A DNA stretch of 64,000 bases, from NCBI GenBank assembly GCA_963719225.1, contig CAVRAY010000002.1:512001-576000 (forward strand). The letters are read 5' to 3'. Each line of letters starts with the position of its first letter. Position 1 is the first letter of the stretch. Positions 21,330 to 35,529 of this stretch are shown piece by piece. The notes beneath the pieces were generated by a model that saw only the letters and a program-made list of their open reading frames with translations, did not search any database and was not told the origin of the DNA. Position numbers and translations under genes: made by a program. The stretch is from Thermoanaerobaculia bacterium. Its GTDB lineage: Bacteria; Acidobacteriota; Thermoanaerobaculia; UBA5066.

Positions 21330-22796
21330 ATGCGATTCGTCGAGCTGCCTCCTGATGCGCCCACATTGCTTGAATCAATGCGTGCCATCGGATATTCGTT
21401 CGAGGCCGCGGTGGCCGACATCCTCGACAACAGTCTTGCCGCCGGCGCGACCGCCATCGACATCCTCTTCGACTCAATTGGTCAGCCATATGTTGCAATA
21501 CTCGATGATGGCCTTGGAATGACGGCCAAGGAGCTCCGCACAGCAATGCGTCACGGCGGCCGCAACCCGCGGGGCGTCGGGGAAGGCGTCGACCTCGGAA
21601 GGTTTGGTCTGGGGATGAAGACGGCATCTCTTTCACAATGTCGTTGTCTCACGGTTGTCTCGAAGAAGGATGGCCGTACATCGGGAGCAAGATGGGACCT
21701 CGATACAGTCGCAAGCAGGGGCAGCTGGTCTCTCGAGGAACTCGATGAAAGTGACTTGGCCACTGTCCCGGAAGTCTCACGGCTGGTCACGCTAGGCCAG
21801 GGGACACTTGTCGTCTGGCAGAGGCTGGATCGCGTCGTAGCTGGAGAGGCGTCGAGCGACCGTGCGGTCCAGGGGAAGATTGATAACGCGCGAAGGCATG
21901 TGGAACTCGTGTTCCATCGGTTCTTGGAGTCTGGCCCACACACAGTCAAGCTCCGAATCAACAATTTCGAAGTAGTGGGTCGCGATCCCTTTCTGCGCTC
22001 TCGGACCGGTACACAGGTGCTTCCTGGCGAAGCGATTCCGATTGGCGATCAACGGATCGAGGTGCAGGCCTACATCCTGCCGCACGCATCGCGGCTTACG
22101 CAGGCCGACCTGGACATCGCTGGCGGCTTCGATGGTCTTCGACTCAGCCAGGGATTTTACGTCTACCGGAACCGCCGCCTGATCATCTGGGGCACGTGGT
22201 TCCGGTTAGCTCGCCAGGAGGAGATGGCCAAGCTCGCAAGAGTCATGGTCGACGTGCCTAGCACACTGGACAGCCTCTGGTCCCTTGACATCAAGAAGTC
22301 TGCCGCCTACCCCCCGGAATCCGTCCGGGATGGCCTGAAACGCATCGTTGCCCGTATCGTCGATTCGAGTAGACGCGTCTATACGTTTCGAGGTCGTACC
22401 GTCAGGGAGCCCGGGATCATTCGACTGTGGGAGCGCTCTGAGGGCCGAGACGGCGCCGTTAGTTACTCGGTCAACAGAGAGAGCCCTGTCGTAGAGGCGC
22501 TTCGGTCATCGCTGCCCGCGGACCGGCGGGATCTCTTGGAGGGGTGCCTTCAGGCTGTCGAGCGTACCTATCCCGTAGGCGCTGTATACGCGGATCTAGC
22601 TTCTGACCGCAAACTCGCTGATTCGGAGAAACCGCAGAAGATCGAGGCAGATCTTCTGGAGATTGCCAATGAACTCCTTGATGTGCTTGGGCGAGACTCT
22701 GCCGAAGCCATCACCCTGATACAGAAGCTCCACCTTGTCGAACCATTCGCGCTGCACCCGGCTGAAACAGAGCGGGTAAAGGAGATGCTCGGCTAG
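21330..22796 (+). CDS. MORC/MutL-like GHKL ATPase
   Basis: IGYSFEAAVADILDNS, DDGLGM, DLGRFGLGMKTAS, QGFYVYRNRRLI. Confidence 0.9.
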   Translation: MRFVELPPDAPTLLESMRAIGYSFEAAVADILDNSLAAGATAIDILFDSIGQPYVAILDDGLGMTAKELRTAMRHGGRNPRGVGEGVDLGRFGLGMKTASLSQCRCLTVVSKKDGRTSGARWDLDTVASRGSWSLEELDESDLATVPEVSRLVTLGQGTLVVWQRLDRVVAGEASSDRAVQGKIDNARRHVELVFHRFLESGPHTVKLRINNFEVVGRDPFLRSRTGTQVLPGEAIPIGDQRIEVQAYILPHASRLTQADLDIAGGFDGLRLSQGFYVYRNRRLIIWGTWFRLARQEEMAKLARVMVDVPSTLDSLWSLDIKKSAAYPPESVRDGLKRIVARIVDSSRRVYTFRGRTVREPGIIRLWERSEGRDGAVSYSVNRESPVVEALRSSLPADRRDLLEGCLQAVERTYPVGAVYADLASDRKLADSEKPQKIEADLLEIANELLDVLGRDSAEAITLIQKLHLVEPFALHPAETERVKEMLG

Positions 22797-25535
22797 TGCT
22801 CTCACAACGAGGAGAAAGAATCGCTACCACGGTCGCGGTCTGTGTCGGCGGGCACGTTCCCAGCGAAGAGGAGCTGCGCGACTTGGCGCAGAAGATGCGC
22901 TCGGTCCTCGCACCCGCAACCGACCCGATCTCGGACGAGGAATTCGCCGAAATCATCCGGACGCTCCATGCACGCCTAGCGGTGACCATGGACATGGGTG
23001 CGGCGCTCCAGGAAGAGGATCATCGTCCATGGCTGAATGCGCGGCGCGCGGAGATCGAGCCGTTTACTGGAAACGCTATTCCGAACTGCTCCACCAGAGG
23101 CACTGGTCGCCATCAGTGATCGGGGTGATGGACAGGGTAACGGACGAGATTCTCGACCTCGCCGGAGATCCAAAACGGGCAACAGGATGGAAGCGACGAG
23201 GGCTGGTCATAGGCGACGTACAGTCAGGGAAAACCGCGGCGTACACAGCCCTCTGCTGCAAAGCCGCGGATGCAGGATATCGACTCGTCATTCTCCTTAC
23301 TGGTACTCTCGAGAGTCTCCGGCGCCAGACCCAGCTTCGACTCGACGAGGGCTTCGTCGGGCGCGATAGTTCAGACATCCTGTCCGCAACTGCGAGGGCG
23401 AAACGAGTCGTAGGAGCTGGCGAATTTGACCAGCGGCGCTTTGCCGGAGTGTTTACATCGCGCTCGCGCGATTTCAGTCGCGTCCTTCTGACCCAGCTCG
23501 GAATTACGCTGGCATCGATCAACGAGCCCGTCCTTGTTGTCGTCAAGAAGAACAAGAAGATACTCGATAACCTCGAGGGATGGCTGCGCGGAAACAATGC
23601 GGATGCAGCTGGACAGATCCACGAGCCCCTGCTCTTGATTGACGATGAAGCGGACAATGCGTCTGTAAATACAGCGGACCCAGACAACACGCCAACAGCA
23701 ATAAACGACAGTATCCGTGGGCTGATTTCACTCTTCAGCCGAGTGGCGTATGTGGGGTTTACGGCGACTCCATTCGCCAACATCTTCATCGATCCCGACA
23801 CCGCCGACGAAATGCGTGGACAGGACCTCTTCCCGCGCGACTTTATCTATGCGCTGGAACCACCCACAAACTACCTCGGACCCGCGAGACTGTTTGGAGA
23901 CGAGATCGTAAATGGGCTTATATGTCCGATTAAGGACGCCGACGACTACTTTCCACGCGGTCACAAGGGAACGCTCGCGGTCGCCATACTGCCTCAGAGC
24001 CTGCGGGACGCGGTCGACCAGTTTGTCCTAGCGAATGTCATAAGGGATCTTCGTGGCGAGGGCCTGACGCATCGCTCGATGCTGATCAATGTCAGCCGAT
24101 TTACAGCAGTACAGGATGGAGCAGCAGAGCGTGTCGACGAGTGCCTGAAGGCGCTCCAGCAGGATGTACGGAACTACAGCCAGCTGGATGATTCCCGCGC
24201 CCTCGCGAACCCAACCCTTGTGCGGTTGAAGAAGCGGCTTGAAACGGACTTCAAGGAAGCAGGGTGTAGATGGCCCGAGGTGTCGCGGCAGCTGCCCGCG
24301 AGTGCCCTACCTATCGTCGTAAGGGCGGTTAATCAGCGCACGGGAGCGTCTGTTCTTGACTACGCGAGCCACGTTGATGCCGGCCTGCGGGTCATCGCGG
24401 TCGGCGGCAACAGCCTCTCGAGGGGTCTGACGTTGGAAGGGCTCTGTACTAGCTATTTCTTCAGGAATTCCCAGATGTACGACACCCTCCTTCAAATGGG
24501 CCGGTGGTTCGGCTATCGGGACAACTACGCCGACCTCTGCAGGCTCTGGCTGACGACGGAGGCTGAAGGCTGGTATCGACACATCACCCTTGCTTCAGAG
24601 GAACTCCGCCAAGAGGTGCGCAGGATGCAGGGCCTTGGCCTGACGCCAGCGGACTTTGGCTTAAAAGTGAGGTCACATCCGGATGCGTTGATTGTCACGG
24701 CCCGGAACAAGATGCGTGCTGCTAAGGAAGTGATTCGTCAGATTTCATTCAGCGGAGAGGCACCGGAGACGACGCGCCTGAGTCGAGATATCTCGACAAT
24801 CCGGCGGAACTACCGGGCCGTCGTGCGGCTAGTCGGCGAAATAAGGGCGGCGGGCCTAAGTGCTACGCAATCGGAATGGGGTACGACATACATCTGGCGG
24901 GGCGTGCCGAAAGAAGCAGTCGGAAGGTTCCTAGCCGCCTTTCAGAGCGATCCACGGACGTTTACGTTCTTCAGTCCCGAAGATGAGGGGGCTGGCTCGG
25001 GCCTCGCGAAGTTCGTCCGCGAAACCACCGATCCGACGCTCCAGCAGTGGGACGTTGCGATGCCTTCCGGCGAAGAGGATGAGATCAGTCTTCCGACGCT
25101 CGAACCTGCAGATCGCCCGAGAAGACGGAACGTGGCTCTTCCGATACAACCACAATGCTCGTGTCGGGCAGGAATGCCCGCGTAGGCTCACGTGGAGATG
25201 AGAGGCAAGGGCTAACGCCAGAGGAGGCCGAGGCAACCGAGCGCCAGTTCCGTGCGGCGAACCCCGACAAGAAGGAAGTCCCTGACCGTGCCTATAGAAC
25301 CGTACGCAAGCGGCCTCTACTGCTCCTGCACGTGATCAAGCCTCGGGTGGATGGCGTTGAACTTTCCTTAGGCGTAGAAGAGCCGGTCGTGGCACTTGGC
25401 CTAAGTTTCCCGCCGTTCGACGACGAGGATGTAGCCAAGCGCGTCGCCTATCAGGTCAACAAGGTCGAATACCGAAGTCTCTTCGAGGCCGAGGCGGACG
25501 ACGAAATCGAGACCAGTGATGCCGACCCGGATTGA
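22796..25535 (+). CDS. Z1-domain helicase/endonuclease (frameshifted)
   Basis: GDVQSGKT, IDDEAD, GFTATP, HRSMLIN, LSRGLTLEGL, YDTLLQMGRWFGYR. Confidence 0.88.
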
Positions 25536-26455
25536 ACCGCTTTGGCGGGAACTCCTGCAGGCCGGTGAGTGCCCGGCGCACCTCCGCGTGAGCGCGAGCC
25601 ACCCGTTGGATTTGTATGCGGAGGTAGCAGAGGGTGGCCAGCTCGGACTGCTGGCTGTTGTCGAAGAAGAGCCACCAGCAGCGCCGACCTTCGGGTCAAT
25701 TGCAGTTCAGATCAACCGGCGAGCGGACGCTCGTTGGGCCATTTCAATTCTCTTGCAGCGCCCCGACCTGCGATCTCTGTTTGCAACCCTCTGCGATGAC
25801 ATCATCGAAGCCGGGGGCGGTCTGCCCCCGAACAGATGCCGGTAGGTTCGTCCTGACTCGGCTGGAGCGATGGCGCAGGCTTACAGAGAAAGGCTCCAGC
25901 GGGCTGTTGAGCGATTCAGAGCAGAGGGGGCTGGCCGGGGAGCTGGTCTTCCTGGAAAAGGCAATCCAGCGTTTTGGCCCACGAATCGCGGTGGAAGGTT
26001 GGGTGGGGCCACTCGATGCCGCACGCGATTTCGACCTTCCGGAAGAGTTATCCGAGGTCAAGACGATATCTCCGGGCAGCTTGACCGTACAGATCAGCTC
26101 CCTGGAGCAGCTCGAAGGAGAGCCATACCTCGTCGTGTATGAACTAGCTCACGTTCAATCTCAAGGAACGGGGACGTTCTCACTCCCAGATGCAGTTACG
26201 GGGGTGAGAAAGGCAATAGAAGGCGATGACGCTGCAGCGGAGGAGTTCGAGCGCAGGCTGCGACTAGCTGGTTACGAGCCCCGCAAAGAATACGAGACGA
26301 TTCACTTTCGGCTTCTCGACAGCTATGTCTTCAAAGTCGCACAGGCCTTCCCCCGCCTGGTGCGCAGTGCTGTTAGTAAAGGCGTCGTCGAGGCCAAGTA
26401 TTCACTCTACCTACCTGATCTGAAGCAGTTTCGCTATGGCGGGACGGGCGAATGA
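25516..26455 (+). CDS. PD-(D/E)XK motif protein (DUF4420-like), frameshifted
   Basis: GLAGELVFL..WVGP..DF..EVKT..VQISSLEQL. Confidence 0.82.
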
Positions 26456-28521
26456 GCGAAGAACTCTCCGCGTTCCGTGCCGAACTGCTCGCCGAGGTCA
26501 AAACTCTAGCGAGCGCTGACGGCAATTTCATGCACACGGCGTTCGTCGAGCGTGCGGGCGAGCTGCTTGAAGAAGCCGAAGAGATCTTCGATTTTGCGTC
26601 GTGCTATTACCGCGGTACGGGCTCGCGGCACAGAAGCTCCGGCGTCGATGGCTACGCGTTCGATGACGCGGACGAATCTCTCCGCTGTGTAATAGCGGAA
26701 TTCTCGGGTGGCCCGGAACTTCCGACCCTGAACCAGACTACCGCTCGTGGGATGTTTGGACGTGCACAGACTTTCGTCGAGGATTCACTCTCCGGCCGGA
26801 ACCACGCACAGCTTGAAGAGAGCACACCAGCCTACGATCTGGCCCGTGAGATTCAGCGCAGGGCAACGGGGGTATCAAAGTGCCGGTTCTTCCTCGTCAC
26901 CGACTCGGTACTGAGTGAGCGGGTTCGTGATTGGCCGGAGGCAGAAGTCGCCGGAATGCGGGCCGAGTTTCACATCTGGGACGTGTCACGGTTCCATCGC
27001 CTGCGCCTCTCCAAGACCGGCCGGGATGAGCTCTACGTTGACTTCAGAGAGTCGGTTCCGGGAGGCGTTCCCGGAATCCAGGCGAGCATGGCAACAACGG
27101 AGTACGCCGCCTATCTGTGCGTCCTGCCTGGGCGCGCTCTAGCCGATATCTACGATAAGTACGGTAGTCGACTACTGGAAGGCAATGTTCGCTCGTTCCT
27201 GAGCGCGACGGGCAAGATCAATAAAGGTATCCGGGCGACGATTCTGAAGGAGCCCGGAATGTTCTTTGCCTATAACAACGGTATCGCCTGCACTGCATCA
27301 GCCCTTACGCTGAACGAAGAGTCCGGCGCGCTGAGAATCGAGGGTGCAAAGGACTTTCAGATAGTCAATGGCGGGCAGACAACAGCCTCCCTAGCCAACG
27401 CACGCCGTCGCGATGGCGCATCGCTGGATGGCACGTTTGTTCAAATGAAACTCTCCGTCATCGACAACGAAACCTCGGGCGCCATTATCCCGCGGATATC
27501 ACGGTACGCCAACTCCCAGAACCGAGTGTCGGACGCTGATTTCTTCTCAAACCATGACTATCACAGGCTCTTGGAGTCGATATCCCGGCGGTTGCGTGCA
27601 CCTGCGAGGGCCGGAGCGCAGATTGAAACGTTCTGGTTCTACGAACGGGCTAGGGGCAGTACGCCTCCGAGTTAGCCGCTTGACGGCGGCACAGCGGCGG
27701 CGATTCGAATTGGACCATCCTCGCACTCAGGTTATTACGAAGACGGATCTGGCGAAGGTGGAGAACGCGTGGCGACTGCTACCACATGAGGTAAGTAAGG
27801 GGGCCCAGAAGAACTCTCCTGGAAGTTCGCTGAGTTCGTGACCGAAGAGTGGGACCGCAAGTCAGATCAATTCAGCGATGAGTACTTTCGTGCAGTAGTC
27901 GCGCATTCAATTGTCTGGCGGCGTCTTGAGGCGATTGTGCCGAAGCAGCCGTGGTACGGGGGTGGATATCGCGCGAACATCGTTGCATTTGCCTTCGCCC
28001 GCCTGGCGCGTCTGATTCAGGAGGAAATGGACGGAAGCGCGCTAAACGTGCCCGCGATATGGCGTGGCCAGGCAGTCTCTCCGACCTTTGAGGCACAGCT
28101 AGTCGCCATTGCAAAAGCGGTGTTTGACGTTATCGTCGCCCCGGAGGCAGGCATACAGAACGTCACGGAGTGGTGCAAGAAAGAGCTATGTACGCAACGC
28201 GCTCTCGCGGTGCCCGTTGACGTGGTTGCGGGCTTCGAGGATGAACTGGCTGAGGGTGATGAGGAACGTGCGCGGCTTCGAGAGGGACGGGAGGGAGCGC
28301 GCATTGCGGCAGGCCTGGAGGCGACCACGGCGGTCCTTGAATACGGCGCGGAAAACTGGCGGCGGGTACGCGACTGGGCTAGGGGGAAAAGTTCGGTCAG
28401 CCCAGTAGAAGACCGGCTCCTTAGCCTTGTATGTGGTGCGGGGCGTATCCCGAACCCCCGTCAAAGCGGCGAGCTTCTGGGGATTCTGAGCCGGTTGGAG
28501 GGCGAGGGATTCAGCCGGTGA
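26452..28521 (+). CDS. AIPR family protein (frameshifted)
   Basis: LLEGNVRSFL, FFAYNNGI, QIVNGGQT, NSQNRV, WFYERARG, NVTEWCKKE. Confidence 0.9.
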
Positions 28522-28663
28522 TTTGGGGCAAGGATCTACACTCTCGGCGAAACGTCCCTCGCCAGCGACGCAAGTCGTTGAATGGCAGCTGGATAGAGCC
28601 TTGGTGGCCTGGCACAGGACTAGGAAACACCCCGGGGCAACACGCGGAATGATCGAGGTGGAG

Positions 28664-30978
<2,315 letters not shown>

Positions 30979-31065
30979 TTCTACGCGACGAGGGCCCAAG
31001 ACCCTGGCATAAGATAGGCGGCGCCCTGAGGCAGAAGCACCAGAAGACGAAGAAAGAGGGGCCTC

Positions 31066-31791
31066 GTGGCTAACTTCTTCGAGGACGAGAAGAAGTATCC
31101 GGACAACAAACCTCGGGAGAACTTCATCTTTCTCGGATACCCGTTCGAACCGCCGCTCCCCTTGGACGATTATCGGAAGGCGGTCAAGGAGCTTCAGGCA
31201 GAACTGCCGCTTCGGTTCTGGTACTTTCTCGACGAGATCACGACCGCCGAGATGATGCGAAAGATCTGGCGCGCAATCCTCCGCTCCGATCTTGCGGTAT
31301 TCGATATCTCGCGCGGGAACCCGAATGTCGCACTCGAGCTCGGTCTCGCCTTAGGAGTGAATAAGACGTGCATGACGATCCTGAAGACCGGAGAAGCTAA
31401 TCCGCTCGGGAGGGCCGACCTCGGCTATGCGGAACGGGCGGAATACCAGTCGGTAACGACCCTGAAGGACACCCTACGACGACTCGCGGTAGCGAAGTCC
31501 TCGGGCCTCCGGAAGATCCGCGATATCTCCTACCGATTGCACGACCCGGCTCAAGGTACTCGCGAGGATCTGGAGAAGCAGATTGCGCAGGTGCTCCACA
31601 CTGTGTTTGTCTCGAAGAAAGTGACGAAGGCACACGCGGAGAAGACCCTTGGCCAGCGGAGAGCCGCTGACTCGGTCTTGGACACACTCCGAGAGAACGG
31701 CGTCCTCCAGATCGAGGGGCAAAAGGGCGGCGCAAAGTGGGTCTTCACCGACGCGTGGGTTCACGGCGATCACGAAGTCGCCGGAGAATAG
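31066..31791 (+). CDS. Hypothetical protein with nucleoside deoxyribosyltransferase-like N-domain and possible wHTH
   Basis: AILRSDLAVFDISRGNPNVALELGLA motif; C-terminal VLDTLRENGVL..GAKW. Confidence 0.55.
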   Translation: MANFFEDEKKYPDNKPRENFIFLGYPFEPPLPLDDYRKAVKELQAELPLRFWYFLDEITTAEMMRKIWRAILRSDLAVFDISRGNPNVALELGLALGVNKTCMTILKTGEANPLGRADLGYAERAEYQSVTTLKDTLRRLAVAKSSGLRKIRDISYRLHDPAQGTREDLEKQIAQVLHTVFVSKKVTKAHAEKTLGQRRAADSVLDTLRENGVLQIEGQKGGAKWVFTDAWVHGDHEVAGE

Positions 31792-32460
31792 AATCGACCT
31801 GCTCCCCGAGGATGGGCCACTCAGGATGTGAGAGCTCGCCCCCCCGGTGAGCCGCCGCTGCTTCGGCGCGGGGGTCAGCGAAAGAATCATGCCTGTTGTC
31901 GCCGGATCGGGAATGAAAACAGGTAGTCATCGTTGCCTTCACGCCAAAGCCCGATGGCGATGTCTCCCAAGGGCGCCCATCGGGCGATTACTCCAGTATC
32001 AGCGTCCTGTCCCGCAAAGAAGCCCTCGCGAGTCCGTGTTCCGTTGATCAGGAACCCGTCGTGGCTGCGTTTGCCCGTCGAGAGGTTTATCCCATACCAC
32101 TCAGGATCGTCAGGAACATAGAGAACCGTTGTGTCAGCGTCGACCGTCCTGATCTCGATGGTCACATGACTGTCTGAATCGCACGATATGAAGTGAGCCG
32201 TCGTGGTGTAGCCTCGCGATTCGGCATGAAGGCGTTGGTGTCGCTTGCCTCTATTGGGTGCCGGCGAAGTCTTCACTTGGCGCTCCGCGATGCGGCGCGC
32301 TCGCGATGAAGGACGTGTCCTCCTGAGGGCGGGCACCAGTGTTTCATGCAGGGCCCCTCTTATATCTAACGATACCGAGTTCACCGGGGAGCGCAAGTAG
32401 AGTGAACTGCGGGGGTGCACTCCGCAAGGCCGAGGCGGAGGTTGGGGCCAGAAGGCATAG

Positions 32461-33288
32461 GCCGCCGCGCGTCTGAACAAGTCACAGCCGGCCGTGACGA
32501 TGACGGTGAAGGCTCTGGAGCGGGAGATGGGTGTGCCCCTCTTTGCGCGGGAGGGCCGCGGAAAGAGGCTGACGGCGGCGGGAGCGAGGCTGGCCGCGAA
32601 GGCCGCGGGCATCCTGGAGGGCGCGCGGCGATTGAAGGAGGATGTCGCCGGAGAGCCGGAGGTGCCCCGGGGGCCCGTGCGGGTGGGGGCCGGGGAGGCC
32701 GCCATCGTCTACTTCCTGCTTCCGCTTCTTCGAAGGATTCGCGAGGCGTACCCGTCCCTGGCTCTCGAGGTGCGAAACCAGCGCGACATGGAGTCGTTCG
32801 ATCAGTTGCTCGCGGGCGAGCTGGACCTGGCGGTTCGGTCCCGGGAGGCGCTGCCGCACGGTTTGAGGTTCGAGCCGCTGTTCGCGTCGGATCGAATGCT
32901 GATCGTGCCGCGTGGTCACGAGCTGGCGGGGAAGAAGCGCCCGACGCTCAGAGACCTCGCTCGCCATGCGTTCGTGATCCCCCCGGCGGGTTCGACGTCG
33001 CGCCGCCTGATCGAGGCCGCGTTCCTGCGGGCCGGCCTGAGGCTGGAGATCGCGATGGAGGCGGGAGGCTGGGAGATCGTGAAGCGCCTGGTGCGGGCAG
33101 GGGTGGGCGTGGCGGTGGTTCCTCGATTCTGTTGGAGGCTCCTGATCTCAGGAGCGGTGGCGATTCCGGCGGGGCATCTCTTCCCTCCGGATGTCCATGG
33201 GCTGGTGACGCGGGAGGGCACCGGCGCCTCATCCGCAACGGCCGCCGTGACGCGGGTGCTGGAGGAGGCGGGGAGGAGGGTGGGGTAG
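32461..33288 (+). pseudogene. LysR-family regulator fragment, copy 1 (lacks the HTH N-terminus)
   Basis: AAARLNKSQPAVTMTVKALEREMGVPLFAR..LTAAG..GELDLAV..VRAGVGVAVVP; in-frame TAG immediately upstream. Confidence 0.9.
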
Positions 33289-33304
33289 GGGGGCTTTACA
33301 TGAC

Positions 33305-33332
33305 TTGCGAGTATACGCAGAATGCGTATACT
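33305..33332 (+). promoter_or_regulatory. Promoter and operator of the HigBA-like cassette
   Basis: TTGCGA-16-TATACT overlapped by the perfect inverted repeat AGTATACGCA-gaa-TGCGTATACT. Confidence 0.65.
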
Positions 33333-33339
33333 TTCAGGC

Positions 33340-33683
33340 GTGAAAGGCGTGTTCGTCGAGCTGCCCGCCTTCGAACGACATCGGACGAATTACCTCGATG
33401 ACGAGGCGTTCCGGAGCCTCCAGAGCCTTCTCATGAAGGATCCGTCGGCGGGCGACCCGATCCCGGGGACCGGAGGCCTGCGAAAACTTCGCTTCGCCGA
33501 TGTGCGGCGGGGAAAAGGAAGCGAGGCGGGCTCAGGGTGATCTATTACTGGTGGCAGGCCGGGCTGCAGTTCTGGCTCTTCACCATCTACGCCAAGGACG
33601 AGATGTCGGACTTGACCGCGGCCCAGCGCGAAGCGCTGAAGAGAATGATCAAGGCGGAACTGGAAGCAAGGAGAACGTCATGA
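33340..33683 (+). CDS. RelE/HigB-like toxin (frameshifted at an A-run)
   Basis: VFVELPAFER..GDPIPGTGGLRKLRF..RGKG / RGGLRVIYY..LFTIYAKDE. Confidence 0.82.
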
Positions 33684-34027
33684 AGATCGAAGGCGGAGGC
33701 AGGCGGGCGCGTTCGGGCAAGCGCGACCTGTTCGTCGAGCTGAGCGAGGGAGTCGCCGCTCTCACCGAAGCGCGTGAGGGGAAGCGGACGCTGCGATCTC
33801 ACACGGTCGAGTACAAGCCGGCGCCAAAGGTGACACCACAGGAGTTGATTCGCGTTCGCGAGCACCTGAACCTGTCGCGCGCCCTCTTTGCCGTCTATCT
33901 GCGGACCAACGTGCGAACTCTGGAGAACTGGGAGCAGGGCCGCGCCAAGCCGAATGCGCAGGCGGCTCTTCTGATCAACCTGGTCAAGAAGTACCCGGAC
34001 ACGGTCGAGCGGCTCGCAGCGATCTGA
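33680..34027 (+). CDS. HigA-like HTH antitoxin
   Basis: LSRALFA..NVRTLENWEQGRAKP. Confidence 0.88.
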   Translation: MKIEGGGRRARSGKRDLFVELSEGVAALTEAREGKRTLRSHTVEYKPAPKVTPQELIRVREHLNLSRALFAVYLRTNVRTLENWEQGRAKPNAQAALLINLVKKYPDTVERLAAI

Positions 34028-34062
34028 TCAGGAGCCTTAGCCGGTAAGCTTGACCCTGGGCA

Positions 34063-34995
34063 ATGAGCTACGACCTTTTCTTCCGGTTTCGTCCCGGCGC
34101 ACTTCACGCCTCCGCCAGCGAGATCCTGGACTTCTTCAAATCGCGTCCCGGATATGAGTGCTCCGAGACGCAGGCCTGGTACTCGAACGAAACGACGGGC
34201 GTCTATTTCTCGTTCGAGATTGAGGAACGGGGAACTGCGGAAGAGGCGGGCGAGCAGTTCGACGAGGAAGCACCTCCGCCAGATCCTGACGCGGCGCCCG
34301 TTTCCTTCAACATCAACTACTACCGCCCGCACTTCTTCGGGCTGGAGGCCGAGCCGGAGCTGACGCTGTTCGTGAAGCTCTTCGACCTGCTCGTGTCCGA
34401 CCCGCAGGTCAGCGGGATGGGCGATGGGGAGTACACGCCAGAAGGATTCTTGGCGGGCTGGAACGCAGGAAACGTCGTCGGATATCGCGCCGCTGCTGCG
34501 TCAATCGAGGACGAAAAACCTCACCTTCTGCCCACCGCGGTACTGGAGCGGATCTGGCGTTGGAACTACACCCGCCCCAATCGCGCGGAGGCGCTCGGCG
34601 AGGAGACATACGTGCCCCGGATCTTCCACTTCCAGAAAGACGGCCAGCTGCAGTCGGGCATCGTATGGGGCGATGCGATGCCTATCCTGATTCCGCGGGT
34701 CGACCTGATCCTTGCCCCTCGCGAAAAACTAGCCCCTCGCAGGTTCTTCAAGGCGCAAGAGGACAAGGTGCTGTGCACATGGGGCGAGATCGAGCCGCTC
34801 CTCACGACGTTTCCTCAGGTGAACGACTATCTGCCGGCTTGGCGTCTTTCCTATCGGGAGATTCCGCGGGCCATCGAGGCGTTCTTCCGCTCGCATGAGC
34901 CGCTCCTTGATACGTCGGCAGGCATGAAGATCGTCGCGATGGACCTCGTGCTGAACGCGGAGATCTATGAAGAGGCGCGAAAGCCTCGCACCTAG
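34063..34995 (+). CDS. Hypothetical protein (cargo)
   Basis: Clean 310-aa ORF; its stop abuts LysR copy 2. Confidence 0.7.
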   Translation: MSYDLFFRFRPGALHASASEILDFFKSRPGYECSETQAWYSNETTGVYFSFEIEERGTAEEAGEQFDEEAPPPDPDAAPVSFNINYYRPHFFGLEAEPELTLFVKLFDLLVSDPQVSGMGDGEYTPEGFLAGWNAGNVVGYRAAAASIEDEKPHLLPTAVLERIWRWNYTRPNRAEALGEETYVPRIFHFQKDGQLQSGIVWGDAMPILIPRVDLILAPREKLAPRRFFKAQEDKVLCTWGEIEPLLTTFPQVNDYLPAWRLSYREIPRAIEAFFRSHEPLLDTSAGMKIVAMDLVLNAEIYEEARKPRT

Positions 34996-34996
34996 C

Positions 34997-35518
34997 GGCG
35001 TACCCGTCCCTGGCTCTCGAGGTGCGAAACCAGCGCGACATGGAGTCGTTCGATCAGTTGCTCGCGGGCGAGCTGGACCTGGCGGTTCGGTCCCGGGAGG
35101 CGCTGCCGCACGGTTTGAGGTTCGAGCCGCTGTTCGCGTCGGATCGAATGCTGATCGTGCCGCGTGGTCACCTTAGAAACCCCTCGCTCGCCATGCGTTC
35201 GTGATCCCCCCGGCGGGTTCGACGTCGCGCCGCCTGATCGAGGCCGCGTTCCTGCGGGCCGGCCTGAGGCTGGAGATCGCGATGGAGGCGGGAGGCTGGG
35301 AGATCGTGAAGCGCCTGGTGCGGGCGGGGGTGGGCGTGGCGGTGGTTCCTCGATTCTGTCTGGAGGCTGCTGATCTCAGGAAGCTGGTGGCGATTCCGGC
35401 GGGGCATCTCTTCCCTCCGGATGCTTATGGGCTGGTGACGCGGGCGGGCACCGGCGCCTCATCCGCAACGGCCGCCGTGACGCGGTTGCTAGAGGAGGCG
35501 GGGAGGAGGGTGGGGTAG
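34997..35518 (+). repeat. LysR fragment copy 2
   Basis: Near-identical to the 3' part of copy 1; ~27-bp internal deletion; ends GGGTGGGGTAG. Confidence 0.95.
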
Positions 35519-35529
35519 GGGGGGCGGGG

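Noticed and set aside
2941-28521. Programmed frameshifting or mass pseudogenisation of GH47, helicase, dcm, Z1 and AIPR genes
   Set aside because: Scattered 1-nt indels in otherwise well-conserved genes, without in-frame stops, fit long-read error better.
31887-32400. Minus-strand ORF upstream of LysR copy 1
   Set aside because: The called start lies inside the LysR antisense strand. The C-terminal ~100 aa may be a gene remnant, but no family is recognisable.
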